10,036 nucleotides of DNA, from positions 1-10,036 of the forward strand of contig JAOUEV010000091.1 in NCBI GenBank assembly GCA_029858565.1. Direction: 5' to 3'. Below the pieces are notes generated by a model. It saw only the letters and a program-made list of their open reading frames with translations, searched no databases and had not been told where the DNA came from. This document shows positions 7,821 through 10,036 of this stretch, piece after piece; the stretch's first letter is position 1; the number at the start of each line of letters is the position of its first letter. Source of the DNA: Nitrospirota bacterium. GTDB taxonomy: Bacteria; Nitrospirota; UBA9217. A program made the position numbers and the translations under genes.

Positions 7821-8507
7821 AAGCAGATCGCCTCCCTGATTGGGGGTGAGCCTGCTTATGTCACCGAGATCGCGAACCAGGTATCGCGAGGCGACCTGTC
7901 CGTGGATATTGCCCTCGGGAAAAACGACGACAGCGTGATGGCCGCGATGGGCCGCATGGTGGAAAACCTTCGCGGCGTGGGAAAATCTGCGGAGCGGAGC
8001 CAGTCGGCTGCGGCCGAGATCACCCAGCTTTCGGGTTCGAGCGTGGAAGTTGCGCAGCGGGCTGGAGAGATGCTTGCCAAGCTGGTGCCGGACATCCAGA
8101 AGACCGCTGAGCTGGTGCAGGAGATCAATGCCGCGTCCAAGGAACAGTCGTCGGGAGCCGACCAGATCAACGGCGCGATCCAGCAGCTGAACACGGTGGT
8201 GCAGCAGAACGCGGGAGCTGCGGAAGAAATGTCGTCGACTGCCGAGGAGTTGTCCTCCCAGGCCGAGCAGCTGCAGGAGACGATCTCGTTCTTCAAGGTG
8301 GACGGCGCGGACCGCGAAGCGGTAAGAAAGCTCGCGGGAAAGAAAGAAAAAGCTGCGAAGGCCACGCACCAGGTCCATGTGGCGCATTTGGCGCAGGCAG
8401 CGGCAAAGGCGAAGCAGGCGCTCCAGCCTGTGGGCGTGGCGCTTAATCTCGGTCACAACGGCCACGGCAAGGGCGACGGGAAAGATGAGGAGTTTGAAAA
8501 ATACTAG
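7821..8507 (+). pseudogene. mcp: MCP paralogue remnant: no start codon, TM or sensor domain, plus an in-frame 507-bp deletion that removes the signalling tip
   Basis: The frame reads KQIASLIGGEPAYVTEIANQVSRGDL...ENLRGVGKSAE|[10 protein letters not shown]...EEFEKY*. It aligns to MCP1 on both sides of the junction at about 7989-7994 but lacks the MCP1 segment 5802-6308. Confidence 0.88.
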
Positions 8508-8609
8508 GAAGACAGAGACGAGTGACAAGTGACGAGCGACAAGGAGCGGCGGGACAAGTTCTTACTCGTCTCTCGTCAAGCGAAGCGATCGTCACTCGTC
8601 ACTTTCTTC
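8508..8609. repeat. Intergenic heptamer-repeat inverted element (RAGWGAC / GTCWCTY units)
   Basis: Left arm: GAGTGAC-AAGTGAC-GAGCGAC (8520-8540). Right arms: ACTCGTCTCT (8564-8573, complement of 8514-8523) and GTCACTCGTCACTT (8591-8604, 13/14 complement of 8527-8540). Confidence 0.8.
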
Positions 8610-8623
8610 ACGAGGAGGTCATC

Positions 8624-9154
8624 ATGAACGTGGCTGAAATGACCCAAACAACGCAATATCTGACCTACAAGCTCGGCGACGAGGTGTTCGCCCTGGACAT
8701 CGGCAAGGTCCGGGAGGTGCTGGACTTCACCGAGGTGACGAAGGTGCCGAACATGCCGGATTTCATGCTCGGTGTGATCAACCTTCGCGGAAGCGTGGTG
8801 CCGGTGGTTGACCTGCGGACGCGGTTCCACATGCCCAGGAGCGAGCAGACGGTGAATACCTGTATTATTATCACCGAGGTGCAGGTGGACGATGCCGTCA
8901 CGGTGCTGGGCTGCCTGGCTGACTCGGTGCAGGAGGTGCTGGACCTGGAGCCGCACCAGATCGAGCCTGCGCCGAAGATCGGGACGAAGCTCCGGACCGA
9001 CTTCATCCGGGGCATGGGGAAGCACAACAACCGGTTTATCATTATCCTGGACATCGACAAGGTCTTTTCTGTGGAAGAAGTGTCGATAGCAGCGGCGCTC
9101 GGCGCGACCGCCGGATGTCCGGTGGCGCACCAGGCGCCGGCGCAGGGAAAGTGA
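8624..9154 (+). CDS. cheW: Chemotaxis coupling protein CheW
   Basis: SD GAGGAGG at 8612-8618 precedes ATG8624. Motifs QYLTYKLGDEVFALDIGKVREVL, TKVPNMPDFMLGVINLRGSVVPVVDLR, LADSVQEV and FIIILDIDKVF. Confidence 0.96.
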   Translation: MNVAEMTQTTQYLTYKLGDEVFALDIGKVREVLDFTEVTKVPNMPDFMLGVINLRGSVVPVVDLRTRFHMPRSEQTVNTCIIITEVQVDDAVTVLGCLADSVQEVLDLEPHQIEPAPKIGTKLRTDFIRGMGKHNNRFIIILDIDKVFSVEEVSIAAALGATAGCPVAHQAPAQGK

Positions 9155-9189
9155 GGCGCAGGTTCTTCTCAGCTGACGGATGAGTGCTG

Positions 9190-9223
9190 GCGACCATTTG
9201 TTTATCATATGGTCGCTTTTTTT
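9190..9223 (+). terminator. Rho-independent terminator after cheW
   Basis: Stem GCGACCAT (9190-9197) / ATGGTCGC (9209-9216) followed by T7 (9217-9223), 35 nt after the cheW stop. Confidence 0.88.
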
Positions 9224-9327
9224 ATTGCTCAAAATAGAAGCAAAGTGAAGTAAACAGCAACTAATCAAACCTTCCTGCATACTAATATTCGCAGCATACA
9301 ATCAATTATCCTAAAAATGGCAGTTGA

Positions 9328-9458
9328 AACCACAGATTAACACAGAAGAAAAACAAATTCGGACACTTACTTCTCTCCAGACATACACCAAAAGGGTGAA
9401 TCCTGTTTTCGTTTGGAGGTCTTGAATTATCGGGGTTTATTTGTGTTCATATTTGGTT
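9328..9458. repeat. Degenerate nested inverted repeat built from about 10-nt CACAGAT-type units
   Basis: AACCACAGATTAACACAGAA (9328-9347) vs ATTTGTGTTCATATTTGGTT (9439-9458) are 15/20 complementary. Inner pairs are CTCCAGAC/GTTTGGAG and CACC/GGTG. Confidence 0.6.
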
Positions 9459-9501
9459 AACAGCTTTTATCTAGGATTAAATATAATGCTTTTTTACATA
9501 A

Positions 9502-10036
9502 GATGGTCTCGTAAGAAGTCACACGGTACAAAGAGCCGCAAGCCGTGAATCAGATGTCCAGAAGCGGCCTGATCGCCTGATTGCCGCTGAAATTCGCAGC
9601 ATGTGGTCTTTGACAGCACAAGCTAGCGAGGAATAAGTGCCAAAGGGAGACGGTTTTCCATCTGTTTCTCGATTTCGGAATGCCGCCGCCCGGATGATGT
9701 TGATCGACGCTGCTTTTAGGTAAGCGGCGAAGCTCACTGCGGACATACCTCGGACGCGAAGGTCCTTGATTCCGGTCAAGCGATCAAGCTGGGACATGGT
9801 CCCTTCGATTCCCGCGCGGGATCGGTACCGATCCCGAAACTCGGGGGATGCTTCGTACACGCGCCGCCATGCCAGACGGATCGCTTTATCGTCGTACCTG
9901 AGTGAGCGTCCTTTTTTGACCGGCTTCGTCGGGCACGTTATCTTTCGAGAACAGCCGCGACAGGTTCTTTTTGAGAAGAACGCGATGTACCTGTCATTCT
10001 GGTGTTCAGTGTGTTCAGGCGTGCATCCCTCCGGGC
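9502..10036 (-). mobile_element. Insertion sequence (IS1182-like), right end; candidate terminal IR GATGGTCTCGTAAGAAGTC at 9502-9520
   Basis: GC content rises sharply at about 9501 and the transposase stop overlaps the candidate IR. The partner IR is outside the window, so the end is inferred. Confidence 0.72.
9519..10034 (-). CDS. Transposase C-terminus, IS1182-like (DDE_Tnp_1_6); 5' end lies outside the window
   Basis: The frame is open from the window edge: PEGCTPEH...FSKRTCRGCSRKITCPTK...FRDRYRSRAGIEGTMSQLDRLTGIKDLRVRG...AASINIIR. This contains the Cys cluster and the Y-x2-R-x3-E motif typical of IS1182/IS4-superfamily enzymes. Confidence 0.9.
   Translation of the reverse strand, partial: PEGCTPEHTEHQNDRYIAFFSKRTCRGCSRKITCPTKPVKKGRSLRYDDKAIRLAWRRVYEASPEFRDRYRSRAGIEGTMSQLDRLTGIKDLRVRGMSAVSFAAYLKAASINIIRAAAFRNRETDGKPSPFGTYSSLACAVKDHMLRISAAIRRSGRFWTSDSRLAALCTV

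Noticed and set aside
8508-8609. Possible CRISPR or tRNA-like repeat
   Set aside because: The units are 7 nt with no spacers and no cloverleaf.
8522-8623. N-terminal extension of CheW from GTG8522
   Set aside because: It runs through the repeat element; the strong SD supports ATG8624.
5549-9301. Minus-strand ORFs of 313, 254, 250, 249 and 241 aa
   Set aside because: Antisense to the MCP, barrel and cheW genes, with no domain signatures.
9457-9487. TATAAT at 9482-9487 as a sigma70 promoter
   Set aside because: No well-spaced -35 element, and the hexamer is expected by chance in AT-rich DNA.

Overview
GC-rich bacterial signal-transduction island. The gene content resembles anaerobic Desulfobacterota/Nitrospirota, but this is an inference. 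On the + strand, in order: a 5'-truncated PAS/HisKA_3 kinase and its NarL-type regulator; a standalone 7-Cys 'two-CW' protein translationally coupled to a soluble triple-PAS HisKA_3 kinase and a second NarL-type regulator; a 5'-damaged chemoreceptor (MCP) whose stop appears lost; an outer-membrane beta-barrel protein; a second, doubly deleted MCP paralogue; cheW; and an intrinsic terminator. An AT-rich spacer with a nested inverted repeat follows, then the 3' end of an IS1182-like transposase on the - strand. The best candidate for an undescribed system is the two-CW protein plus two kinases that each carry a C-x9/11-C-x2-C PAS motif, which suggests an Fe-S/redox-sensing NreBC-like module placed directly upstream of chemoreceptor genes. 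The two MCPs show parallel lesions that reflect either recent decay or an assembly artefact.
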